Assembly (NCBI GenBank): GCA_016213135.1
Contig: JACRBQ010000028.1
Location: 7,284-71,283 of the forward strand
DNA length: 64,000 bases
Direction of reading: 5' to 3'
Origin: Chloroflexota bacterium
Lineage (GTDB): Bacteria; Chloroflexota; Anaerolineae; Anaerolineales; VGOW01
Every line of letters begins with the position of its first letter. The first letter of the stretch is position 1. Under the pieces are notes generated by a model. The model saw only the letters and a program-made list of their open reading frames with translations, did no database searches and was not told the DNA's origin. Both the position numbers and the translations under genes were made by a program. Shown piece by piece: positions 37,433 to 45,653 of the stretch.

Positions 37433-37596
37433 TAACACATGAGCAAGCCGCATCCAGCTTGCGGCAATATCTCCCCCCAGACCCAAATCGTCGCACGCTG
37501 CGTCTTTTCGTCCTTCTGGGGCCGTTTTTTCGCCGCACCCTTGACGCCAATCCTCACCCGCCAAGTATAGCCCCTGCCCACCGCGATGCAACTCCC

Positions 37597-37760
37597 TCAC
37601 AGACTGCCCAACACCCCCTTCAACACTTTCACCCCCGCCGCCACCGTTTTCCCTGCCTTATCCAGGGTCGGGTCAACCGCCGAAAGCGTAACGGCCATCA
37701 GCCGTTTGTTGGCGATCAGATCGCGACAAATGCGGATGGCCTCGTCACTGCTCAAGCCGC
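37597..37760 (-). pseudogene. displaced duplicate of the arginase-family gene 3' end (about 54 codons, frame and stop intact)
   Basis: Aligns without gaps to 38724..38887 with about 14 mismatches in 164 nt (manual count). It translates as ...GKTVAAGVKVLKGVLGSL then stop. Confidence 0.8.
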
Positions 37761-37958
37761 GCCCGGTGCGCCGCCCTATGCCTGCTTTACTGCGCTTGGT
37801 TTCGCTTGATAACTGTCCGCATAAAGCATTTCACGCACCTTATCAATCACCACTCCCTCGCCTGTGTTTTCATCAATGGTGTACCAATGCTCCCACCCAT
37901 TGCAAGGGGCATTTTGAGTTTCTCATCCGCCAGCGCCAAACGCTCACGCCTTGTCAAC

Positions 37959-38384
37959 TCAGTTTTTTGGCTTTGGCCCTTCTGAGCCGAGCAGGTCTAT
38001 GATCTCAGCCAGCGCCTTCCGCAAGTCGGGCGCTTCGACGGAGAGGACGTTCTCTTCGCCGCCAGAATGCTTGTGATGAGGAAAGTTCGGCAGCCCGGGA
38101 TAGTGCGGCGTGTCGTCGTAACGAAAAACGAGCGATGTGCCGCTGCGCTGATAATGATAACTGTACATCTGTCGCGCCCGCGTGCTTTCCAGATCAACGA
38201 GTTCCCGAAAATGCAATAAAGACCCGTCGGCAAATTGCACATCCCCGCGAATCAAACCGGCCTGCGGTCCGCGCTTGTCAAGCGCAACGTCGGACGTATG
38301 CACGTTGGGCATCTCTTTGATGGCGGCCAGAAGGTCTTGGAAGTAGGCTTCAATTGACAATGCGCGCCTCCTGCAAGGCGGCAT
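37959..38384 (-). CDS. TumE-like (DUF6516-like) putative toxin
   Basis: LHFRELVDLE...YSYHYQRSGTSLVFRYDDTPHYPGLPNFPHHKH matches the RYDN.PHHP....PHHKH signature I recall for TumE/DUF6516. The start may instead be the TTG at 38360. Confidence 0.5.
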   Translation of the reverse strand: MPPCRRRALSIEAYFQDLLAAIKEMPNVHTSDVALDKRGPQAGLIRGDVQFADGSLLHFRELVDLESTRARQMYSYHYQRSGTSLVFRYDDTPHYPGLPNFPHHKHSGGEENVLSVEAPDLRKALAEIIDLLGSEGPKPKN

Positions 38385-38652
38385 ATTTCTTTTCCAACAA
38401 CGCTAACATCCCGATCTCCATACGCCAGTCGGTGAACTCGAAACTCTCTTGAATCTCGCGGGCGTTCAGGCGGCGCTCAAATTCGGCAGAGACCATGCCG
38501 TGGCGTTTCTCAAATTCGGCCAACTTTGCCCGCGTGCGCTCCAAGTCTGATTTGATTGCCTTTTTCTCATTCTCTATCGCCGACTCCAGCAAAGGCTTGA
38601 GCGACGCCTTGTCGTTGGTGACGATGACGACTTTTTCCATCTGTGTTGACAT
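38350..38652 (-). CDS. small coiled-coil partner protein (putative antitoxin)
   Basis: 100 aa, K/E-rich helical sequence (AIENEKKAIKSDLERTRAKLAEFEKRH). It overlaps the downstream TumE-like gene. Confidence 0.45.
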   Translation of the reverse strand: MSTQMEKVVIVTNDKASLKPLLESAIENEKKAIKSDLERTRAKLAEFEKRHGMVSAEFERRLNAREIQESFEFTDWRMEIGMLALLEKKYAALQEARIVN

Positions 38653-38723
38653 TTATTTCTCCTTTAGCCATTCGCGCGTGAAGCGGTCGTATTCTGCAAA
38701 TCCGCTGAACTTATCCCAATCGC

Positions 38724-39725
38724 CTACAAATTGCCCAACACCCCCTCCAACACCTTGACGGCCGCCGCGACCGTTTTCCCTGCCTTATCCAGAGTCGGGT
38801 CGACCGCCGAAAGCGTAACGGCCATCAGCCGTTTGTTGGCGATCAGATCGCGACAAATGCGAATTGCCTCGTCACTGCTCAAGCCGCCCGGCGCGGGGTA
38901 GTTCACACCGGGCGCTTCTTTCAAGTCCAGCACGTCAATATCGAAGTGAAGATAAAACGTCTGCACGTTGCTCAAGGCTTTCGCGGCCAGTGAGTGATCG
39001 CGCCGCGCTCCTTCGGCGTCCAACACGGTGAGCTGCGTCGTTTTCATCAGCGCCGCTTCCGGCGGGTCAAGGTCGCGCGCGCCGACCAACGCGCAGTTTT
39101 GAGTCCGCGCGGGCTTGGCGAGCCTGGCGGCCTGGCGCAGCGGCGCGTTGCCGTAACCGCAAATTGTCGCGTACGGCATCCCGCCGATGTATCCGGAGAG
39201 AGACGTCTCTTCGGTGTTCCAGTCGCCGTGCGCGTCGAACCAAACCACGCCGGTCTTCTGCGGGTCTCGCGTGCGTGTGATCCCGCTCCACACGCCAATG
39301 GCGTTGCAACAGTCGCCGCCGAGAATGACCGGCAGAAGTTTGTGGTCGAGCGCCTCGGCCACTGCTTCCGCGACGTGCTCCTGCAACCGCCCCAGCCGTT
39401 CCAGCATAGTGCCCTCGCCCAGGTCTGTCCTGAGCGCAGCCGAAGGGCCTGCCCCGGCCGTAGCTGAAGGGCTTGTCCTGAGCGTAGCCGAAGGACTTGT
39501 CCTGAGCGTAGCCGAAGGACTTGTCCTGAGCGCAGCCGAAGGACTTGTCCTGAGCGTAGTCGAAGGATCGTCAGTCATTCTTTGCGTATACGCGATCGTC
39601 AAACCGAGGGATGCCAACCGATCCGGCAGTCCGGCGGCGAACAGCGCGTCCGGCGCTTGCCCCGTGCCGACCAAATGCCGGTCCTGGCTGAATGGAACAG
39701 AGATGAGGGCGATTTCTTTTGGCAT
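38724..39725 (-). CDS. arginase/agmatinase/formiminoglutamase-family ureohydrolase with a 48-aa in-frame repeat insert
   Basis: Metal-binding motifs VVWFDAHGDWN, LVGARDLDPPE, LHFDIDVLD. The insert runs from aa 53 to aa 100. Confidence 0.83.
   Translation of the reverse strand: MPKEIALISVPFSQDRHLVGTGQAPDALFAAGLPDRLASLGLTIAYTQRMTDDPSTTLRTSPSAALRTSPSATLRTSPSATLRTSPSATAGAGPSAALRTDLGEGTMLERLGRLQEHVAEAVAEALDHKLLPVILGGDCCNAIGVWSGITRTRDPQKTGVVWFDAHGDWNTEETSLSGYIGGMPYATICGYGNAPLRQAARLAKPARTQNCALVGARDLDPPEAALMKTTQLTVLDAEGARRDHSLAAKALSNVQTFYLHFDIDVLDLKEAPGVNYPAPGGLSSDEAIRICRDLIANKRLMAVTLSAVDPTLDKAGKTVAAAVKVLEGVLGNL
39426..39569. repeat. six tandem 24-bp units (TGTCCTGAGCGTAGCCGAAGGACT) in frame in the ureohydrolase gene
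   Basis: Four near-perfect and two degenerate units. Each contains the palindrome GTCCT...AGGAC. Translation is (SPSATLRT)n. Confidence 0.9.
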
Positions 39726-39735
39726 ATTGGAATCA

Positions 39736-39822
39736 ACCGCAGAGACGCAGAGCAGGTGCGGAGTCTGCAGAGAGATAACAATAATCTCCGCGAACTCTGC
39801 GTGAACTCCGCGTCTCTGCGGT
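39736..39822. repeat. 87-bp hairpin element, family A, copy 2
   Basis: It has the same 12-bp termini and a similar interior to 24500..24585, in the same orientation. Confidence 0.85.
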
Positions 39823-39831
39823 GAGCATGTC

Positions 39832-40995
39832 TTACTTTGACCCTAACAGACTACGAGCAATCACCAGCCGCTGAATTTCGCTCGTGCCCTCACCAATGGT
39901 CATCAGTCGCTGGTCGCGGTAAATGCGCTCCACCGGATACTCGGCGGAGTAGCCGTAGCCGCCGTGAATTTGAATGGCATTGAAGCACACGCGCTCGGCG
40001 GTTTCGGTGGCGAACAGTTTCGCCATGGCCGCCTCTTTGGTGTAGGGCCGGCCGTTCTCTTTGAGCCACGCCGCGCGATACACCATCAGCCGGGCGGCAT
40101 CCAGCTCGGTGGCGGCGTCGGCAATCATCCATTGGATGGCTTGATGTTGGGCAATGGGCAGGCCGAAGGTGTGGCGTTCCTTTGCATATTTGATCGCCGC
40201 CTCGTACGCCGCTTGCGCCAGCCCCACCGAGAGCGCCCCGATGCTAATGCGCCCGCCGTCCAGCACTTTGAGCGTTTGCCCCAACCCTTTGCCCTCCGCG
40301 CCGAGCAGGTTTTCTTTCGGCACGCGCACTTCGTCGTAAGTCACGGCGTGCGTCGGCGAACCTTTCAGTCCCATCTTCTTTTCGGCGGCGCCGATGTGCA
40401 GGCCGGGGGTGTCGGTGGGGACGATGACCAGGCTCAGGCGGTCGGGCGAGGTGCGGCACAGGGTGATGATCACCTCGGCGATGGAGGCGTTGGTCGTCCA
40501 CATTTTCGCGCCGTCGATGATCCACGAGTCGCCTTCGGCCACCGCGCGGGTTTTCACGCCGCCGGCAAGGTCGCTGCCCGCGCCCGGTTCGGTGAGGGCC
40601 AGTGAGCCAAGTAGGGGCCGACCTTGTGTGTCGGCCCGGCCCGCGCCGGTCGCCAGCGGCCTCAGCCACTTTTCTTTTTGCTCGTGCGTGCCGAACAGCG
40701 CCAGCGGGCCGCAGGCCAGCCCGTTGTGCGCGGCAATCGCCAGGCCGGTGGAACCGCAGCCGCGCCCAATCTCCTCGATGGCAATAGCCGCGCTCACTGC
40801 GTCCACGCCCGCGCCGCCGTATTCTTCGGGAGCGTTGAGGCCCAGCAGCCCCAGCGGCCCCATTTTGTGAACGGCTTCCCAGTTGAACCGGGCCTGCTCG
40901 TCCACCTCGCGCGCGCGCGGCGCAAGTTCCCTGTCGGAAAAGTCGCGCACCGCTTCGCGCCAACGTTGCTGTTCTTCAGAAAGTTGGAAATCCAT
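39832..40995 (-). CDS. acyl-CoA dehydrogenase
   Basis: MDFQLSEEQQRWREAVRDF..., ALTEPGAGSD, IQIHGGYGYSAEYPVERIYRDQRLMTIGEGTSEIQR. The start is the internal ATG; the ORF's first 14 codons come from the hairpin element. Confidence 0.93.
   Translation of the reverse strand: MDFQLSEEQQRWREAVRDFSDRELAPRAREVDEQARFNWEAVHKMGPLGLLGLNAPEEYGGAGVDAVSAAIAIEEIGRGCGSTGLAIAAHNGLACGPLALFGTHEQKEKWLRPLATGAGRADTQGRPLLGSLALTEPGAGSDLAGGVKTRAVAEGDSWIIDGAKMWTTNASIAEVIITLCRTSPDRLSLVIVPTDTPGLHIGAAEKKMGLKGSPTHAVTYDEVRVPKENLLGAEGKGLGQTLKVLDGGRISIGALSVGLAQAAYEAAIKYAKERHTFGLPIAQHQAIQWMIADAATELDAARLMVYRAAWLKENGRPYTKEAAMAKLFATETAERVCFNAIQIHGGYGYSAEYPVERIYRDQRLMTIGEGTSEIQRLVIARSLLGSK
40611..40640. repeat. about 30-bp GC palindrome inserted in frame in the acyl-CoA dehydrogenase gene
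   Basis: Arms GGGCCGAC / GTCGGCCC with a CCCCTAC-type tail on the coding strand. It encodes AGRADTQGRP immediately before the conserved LALTEPGAGSD segment, where homologues I recall have no such stretch. Confidence 0.55.
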
Positions 40996-41016
40996 TGAAT
41001 GCTCCTCAGTGTCGTA

Positions 41017-41079
41017 GGTGACTGTCACCGCGCACAAGACGCTTGAATTTTCGAACTCTGATGCGCGGTGACAGTCACC
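41017..41079. repeat. 63-bp hairpin element, family B, copy 1
   Basis: The 18-bp perfect arms GGTGACTGTCACCGCGCA / TGCGCGGTGACAGTCACC enclose a 27-nt loop. Confidence 0.9.
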
Positions 41080-41100
41080 TTAAAGCGCAACGGCCGGTGT

Positions 41101-42537
41101 TCACCCGTTTGACTGGCCCACGGTGTGCAGCAGCACGATGTTGGCCGGCCCCATGTGCCCGATGGGCAGCCCGGCGATGAGGACGACCTGCTGGCCGGGG
41201 GTGAGTCCGGTTTCGCGAATGAGCGCGTCTTCCACGTCGAGGATCATTTCTTCGACCGAGGTGGCGGTGGGGACGAGATAAGGCTGCACGCCCCACAGCA
41301 TGGCGAGGCGCGGGTAAGTGTCCGGCTCCGGCGTGAAGGCCAGCACCGGGACGGAGGGCCGTTCTTTGGAAAGGATGCGGGCGCTGCGTCCAGTGCGGGT
41401 GAAGATGGCAATGCTCTCCACGTTGCGGTCGCGCGCCAGTTCGCGGGCGGCGCGAGCAATAGCCACGGCGTCCACCGAGGTGCTCTCGTGCACTTCGCGG
41501 AAGTGCCCCCATTCCTTTTCGTGCTGCTCGGCTTCGTCGGCAATGGCGGCCATCATCTTCACGGCCTCCACCGGATATTGGCCGGAGGCGGTTTCGGCGG
41601 AGAGCATCACGGCATCGGTGCCGTCGAATATGGCGTTGGCCACGTCGGAGGCTTCGGCGCGGGTGGGGCGCGGGCTGTTGATCATCGACTCCAGCATTTG
41701 CGTGGCGGTGATGACGATCTTGCCGCGCCCGTTGGCCGCCTCGATAATCTGTTTTTGCGCCGTGGGCACCTGTTGTGGGCTAAGCTCCACGCCCATGTCG
41801 CCGCGGGCCACCATCACGCCGTCGGCGGCGTCGAGAATGGCCGAAAGGTTTTCGAGCGCGGCGGGTTTCTCAAGTTTGGCGATGATCGGGGTGTTGTCCT
41901 TCGCGGGGTCGATCTTGTGTATGGCTCGCCGCACGTCCAACACGTCGGGGGCGCGTTGAATGAACGAAATGGCGACGTAATCCACGCCGTGCTCGAGACC
42001 GAAGGCCAGGTCGGCGCGGTCTTTTTCAGTCAGGGGCGGCACGTTGACTAGGATGCCCGGCAGGTTGATGCCTTTGCGCGGTTTGAGCAGGCCGCCGTGG
42101 GTGACCGTGGTGGTCACGTCGGTGTCGGAGGTGTCCTGCACTTTCAATTCGATGTTGCCATCGTAGAGCAGGATCACGTCGCCGGGGTTGAGATCCCACG
42201 GCAGGCCGCGATAGGTGGTGCTCACAAGCTGTTCGGTGCCGGGCACGTCGCGGGTGGTGATGACGAAAGTTGCGCCATCCTTGAGTGTGGCCTCTCCGCC
42301 GTCGGCAAAGGCGCCAATGCGAATCTTGGGGCCTTGCAAGTCCTGCAGAACTGCGATGGGCCTCCTGAGCCGCGCCGCCACCTGCCGGACGGTGTCAAGC
42401 ACCCGGGCGTGGTAGTCGTGCGTGCCGTGCGAAAAGTTGAGCCGGGCAACGTTCATCCCGGCGCGGATTAAGGCTTCGATCTTCTCAGGGGTGTCGGAAG
42501 ACGGGCCGAGGGTGGCGATGATTTTTGTTTTGCGCAT
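41101..42537 (-). CDS. pyk: pyruvate kinase
   Basis: MRKTKIIATLGPSSDTPEKIEALIRAGMNVARLNFSHGTHDYH, MVARGDMGVE. Confidence 0.96.
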   Translation of the reverse strand: MRKTKIIATLGPSSDTPEKIEALIRAGMNVARLNFSHGTHDYHARVLDTVRQVAARLRRPIAVLQDLQGPKIRIGAFADGGEATLKDGATFVITTRDVPGTEQLVSTTYRGLPWDLNPGDVILLYDGNIELKVQDTSDTDVTTTVTHGGLLKPRKGINLPGILVNVPPLTEKDRADLAFGLEHGVDYVAISFIQRAPDVLDVRRAIHKIDPAKDNTPIIAKLEKPAALENLSAILDAADGVMVARGDMGVELSPQQVPTAQKQIIEAANGRGKIVITATQMLESMINSPRPTRAEASDVANAIFDGTDAVMLSAETASGQYPVEAVKMMAAIADEAEQHEKEWGHFREVHESTSVDAVAIARAARELARDRNVESIAIFTRTGRSARILSKERPSVPVLAFTPEPDTYPRLAMLWGVQPYLVPTATSVEEMILDVEDALIRETGLTPGQQVVLIAGLPIGHMGPANIVLLHTVGQSNG

Positions 42538-42653
42538 GATTTTGGGACGGGCCTCGCGAGTTGGAAGTTATTATACACGCCCGCCGGTGGGTTTTTGCGC
42601 CGGGGGGGGATCGGCGCGGCAGGGGCGGGGCTTGTCCCCGCCCGCGTTTGAAA

Positions 42654-42716
42654 GGTGACTGTCACCGCGCACAAGATGCTTGGATTTTCGAACTCTGATG
42701 CGCGGTGACAGTCGCC
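42654..42716. repeat. 63-bp hairpin element, family B, copy 2
   Basis: Nearly identical to 41017..41079 (3 differences by eye). A half-copy, GGTGACTGTCACC, lies at 349..361. Confidence 0.9.
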
Positions 42717-42782
42717 TGCGACAGGTTTAGAGATAAGTTCTGAACCGATGGGGTGAGGTGGAAAGCAACGGACGCGGCGCAA

Positions 42783-43502
42783 TTACAGGCGCGCGCGACT
42801 GCTCGTGTCGGGCGGGGTGATCATGCCGAGTTGCCGGGCTTTAGTAACGGCGGCCAGGCGGTTGTTGACCCCCAGGCGGAGGTACGCGCCGGAGAGCAGG
42901 TTGCGGGCGGTGGAGTGGGTTACGCCGAGCCTTTTGCCGAGCCTCTCAATCGTGTCGGTGGGGTAGGTGGCGCACAGCGACAGCGCTTCCAACTGGCGAG
43001 AGGTGAGGTCCGGCTCGGGCGTGTCGGCGCGACGCAGGAAAAGCTGCTTGTGCGCCTGCTCGCTCAGGTACACGCCGCCGTCGGCGACCGAGCGGACGAT
43101 GGCGCTAAGCCCCAGGATGGCGGAGGTGTCGCTTTTGAGAATGTACCCATTGGCTCCGGCATCCATCACCGCTTTAATCAGCGGGCGCTCGTTGTACCCG
43201 GTGATGACCAGTATCGCCAGATCGGGGAATCGATCAATCAGTTGCGGGATGAGGTGCAGGATGGGATAGGGGTTGGGGTTGGTGGGCGAGGTGGGCACGT
43301 TGATGTCGAGCAGCAACACGTCCACAGGATGCTCGTTTAACAGCGGCTCCAGCTCTTCGCCAAAGGAGGCAGCGGCCACCACTTTGACATGGTCGGTGTG
43401 TTCAAATTCGTAAAGATAGCCATTGATGATTGATGCGTGATCATCCAGGATGGCCACCGTGACTTTCTTTTGTGAAGCGCGGGCAGCGAGCTTTGTAATC
43501 AT
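42783..43502 (-). CDS. NarL/LuxR-family response regulator
   Basis: REC domain VTVAILDDHASIINGY...VLLLDINVP and a LuxR HTH LTSRQLEALSLCAT...LGVTHSTARNLLSGAYLRLGVNNRLAAV. Confidence 0.87.
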   Translation of the reverse strand: MITKLAARASQKKVTVAILDDHASIINGYLYEFEHTDHVKVVAAASFGEELEPLLNEHPVDVLLLDINVPTSPTNPNPYPILHLIPQLIDRFPDLAILVITGYNERPLIKAVMDAGANGYILKSDTSAILGLSAIVRSVADGGVYLSEQAHKQLFLRRADTPEPDLTSRQLEALSLCATYPTDTIERLGKRLGVTHSTARNLLSGAYLRLGVNNRLAAVTKARQLGMITPPDTSSRARL

Positions 43503-43680
43503 GCTCACAGCATAGCAACAATGCGGTTTTGATTCAAGTGTTTTAGCCAAAGTCAGTACAAATGCCTATGGCGCGAAGACAATTGTCTAGGCCAGAGCGC
43601 CGATCACGGCCCCGCAGCGACCTGAGGGCGCGAGGCGATAGTGACAGTTCGGGGTTGCATAAGCTGGTTCAACCTAAACA

Positions 43681-43710
43681 TTGACGGGCGATTCGGCCCT
43701 GCGTTATACT
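43681..43710 (+). promoter_or_regulatory. sigma70-type promoter upstream of the PGDH-like gene
   Basis: TTGACG (43681-43686), an 18-nt spacer, then TATACT (43705-43710). A 9-bp GC hairpin follows in the leader (43722-43742). Confidence 0.5.
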
Positions 43711-43799
43711 GCCCCGACCCCGCGCCCGCCCATGGCGGGCGCTGCGCAAAGCAAGTTTGTGCGGGTCGAGTGTAAACTACCGGAACGAGGAGCATCGAA

Positions 43800-44741
43800 A
43801 TGGACAAGCCGAAAGTACTGATTGCCGATGGCCTTTCTGCCGAGGGCATCAATTTGCTGAAGCGCACCGTGGTAGTTGACGTGCTGCCAAAAATTACTGC
43901 CGAGGAGTTGCTGGTCGCCCTCCCGCAATATCAGGCGCTGGTGGTGCGCAGCCGCACCAAGGTGACAGCTAAAGCGTTGGCGGCGGGGACATCTTTGAAG
44001 GTGGTGGGCCGGGCCGGGGTGGGCGTGGACAATATCGACGTGCCTGCGGCCTTAGCCAGAGGCATCACGGTGGTGAACTCGCCGCTTGCGGCCACGGTGG
44101 CGGTGGCCGAGCTTACATTGGGGCTGATGCTGGCCTTGGCCAGGGAGATTCCGCGCGCCGATGCCGGGCTGAAAAAGGGCGAGTGGCTGAAGAGCGGACT
44201 CAATGGCGTGGAACTGTATGGCAAGACCCTGGGCCTGGTGGCCGTAGGCCGCATTGGCGCCGCCGTGGCGGGACGCGCCGGAGCCATGGGGATGCGGGTG
44301 ATGGCTTACGACCCGTTTCTCTCGCCAGAGGACATTCGCCAGCGGCAGGCTCATCCGACAACGCTCGACGAGTTGTTTGCCGCCTCCGATTTCATCTCCA
44401 TCCATTCGCCGCTCACGCCGCAGACGAAGTCGCTCATTAGCACGGCGGCATTTGAACAGATGAAGCGGGGGGTGCGCATCATTTGCGCGGCCCGGGGCGG
44501 GGTGGTAGATGAGGCCGCGCTGCTGGTGGCGCTGGAATCGGGCAAGGTGGCCGGGGTGGCGCTGGACGTGTTTGCGGTGGAGCCGCCCGGCATGTCGCCA
44601 TTGGCGACTCACCCTAAAGTGATTTGCACACCGCACATTGGGGCGCAAACCGCCGAGGCGCAGGATCGGGCCGGGGTGGATATTGCCGAAGAGGTGTTGG
44701 CAGTGTTGAACGGTCGCGAGCCCAGGTGGAAAGTGAGTTAG
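43800..44741 (+). CDS. D-3-phosphoglycerate dehydrogenase-like D-2-hydroxyacid dehydrogenase (short form, no ACT domain)
   Basis: VLIADGLSAEGINLL, VVGRAGVGVDNIDV, GLVAVGRIGAAVA, TPHIGAQT. Confidence 0.83.
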   Translation: MDKPKVLIADGLSAEGINLLKRTVVVDVLPKITAEELLVALPQYQALVVRSRTKVTAKALAAGTSLKVVGRAGVGVDNIDVPAALARGITVVNSPLAATVAVAELTLGLMLALAREIPRADAGLKKGEWLKSGLNGVELYGKTLGLVAVGRIGAAVAGRAGAMGMRVMAYDPFLSPEDIRQRQAHPTTLDELFAASDFISIHSPLTPQTKSLISTAAFEQMKRGVRIICAARGGVVDEAALLVALESGKVAGVALDVFAVEPPGMSPLATHPKVICTPHIGAQTAEAQDRAGVDIAEEVLAVLNGREPRWKVS

Positions 44742-44776
44742 GAATGGTGAATGTTGAGTGATGATTGAATCACGTA

Positions 44777-45607
44777 TCACGAGTTGTGCCGCGTGAGCGC
44801 GGCCAATAGTCGCCTGTGTTTTTCGTCAAACGGCGCGCGCATAGCCGACCCTGCGAGGGCTAACGCCCGGTGGAGTCGAGCAGTGCGCGCGCCGTAGTGT
44901 TTTTCGATGAGCCGTAGTTCGGAGAGGGTGACACGGGCAAGCCGGTCCGGGCCGAGGGCCGCGCCGGCGGCGTTGCCGTGGTGGATCATTTGCGACTCGG
45001 GCACGTATCGAACGCGCCACCCAGCTTTGCGAGCGCGGTAGCACAAATCCCAATCTTCCCCATAAAGAAAAATAGATTCATCGAAGCCGCCGATCTCGTC
45101 GAAGCATGGGCGGCGGATGAGGAGGGCCGCGCCCAACAACCAGTCGGCCGCAACGTCTCCCTCACCCCCGGCCCCTCCCCGTGAGGGAGCGGGGAACGGG
45201 ATGCGCGCGGCGAGGGTTTCGGCAAAAAGGATGTGTCGGGCAAAGGCCGCGCGCAGTGACGGGTCGGGGAAGGCGGTGTGTTGGACGCGCCCTTGTGGCG
45301 ACACGAGCGAGGGGCCGAGGATGCCCACGCGCGGATCCGCTTCGGCGGCGGCGAGGAGGGGAGCGAGGGAGTCGGGGCGCAGTTCAATGTCGGCGTTGAG
45401 GAGGAGGACGAGCGGTGTCGCCGCCGCCGTTATCCCCCTATTGGCCGCGGCGCCAAAGCCGAGGTTGCGCGAGTTGCGAAAGGTCGCCAGTTCGGCGGAG
45501 CCGTCGGTGGAGGCGTTGTCGACGACGATGGCCGGGCCGGGCAGTGTGGCTAGGCAGCGTTGCAGCAACGCGCGGGTGTTGTAGCTGATGACGACGAAGG
45601 CGAGCAT
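44777..45607 (-). CDS. GT2 family glycosyltransferase
   Basis: MLAFVVISYNT...VVDNASTDGS...NLGFGAA...YGEDWDLCYRARKAGWRV. Confidence 0.8.
   Translation of the reverse strand: MLAFVVISYNTRALLQRCLATLPGPAIVVDNASTDGSAELATFRNSRNLGFGAAANRGITAAATPLVLLLNADIELRPDSLAPLLAAAEADPRVGILGPSLVSPQGRVQHTAFPDPSLRAAFARHILFAETLAARIPFPAPSRGGAGGEGDVAADWLLGAALLIRRPCFDEIGGFDESIFLYGEDWDLCYRARKAGWRVRYVPESQMIHHGNAAGAALGPDRLARVTLSELRLIEKHYGARTARLHRALALAGSAMRAPFDEKHRRLLAALTRHNS
45157..45189. repeat. 33-bp palindromic element in frame in the GT2 gene
   Basis: Arms CTCCCTCAC / GTGAGGGAG around a CCCCGGCCCCTCCCC core; 11 codons (…PSRGGAGGEGD…). Confidence 0.55.
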
Positions 45608-45653
45608 GGTTGGCGTAGGCGCGCGTCGCGGCTGCAAGCCGCTCCCACCCAAT

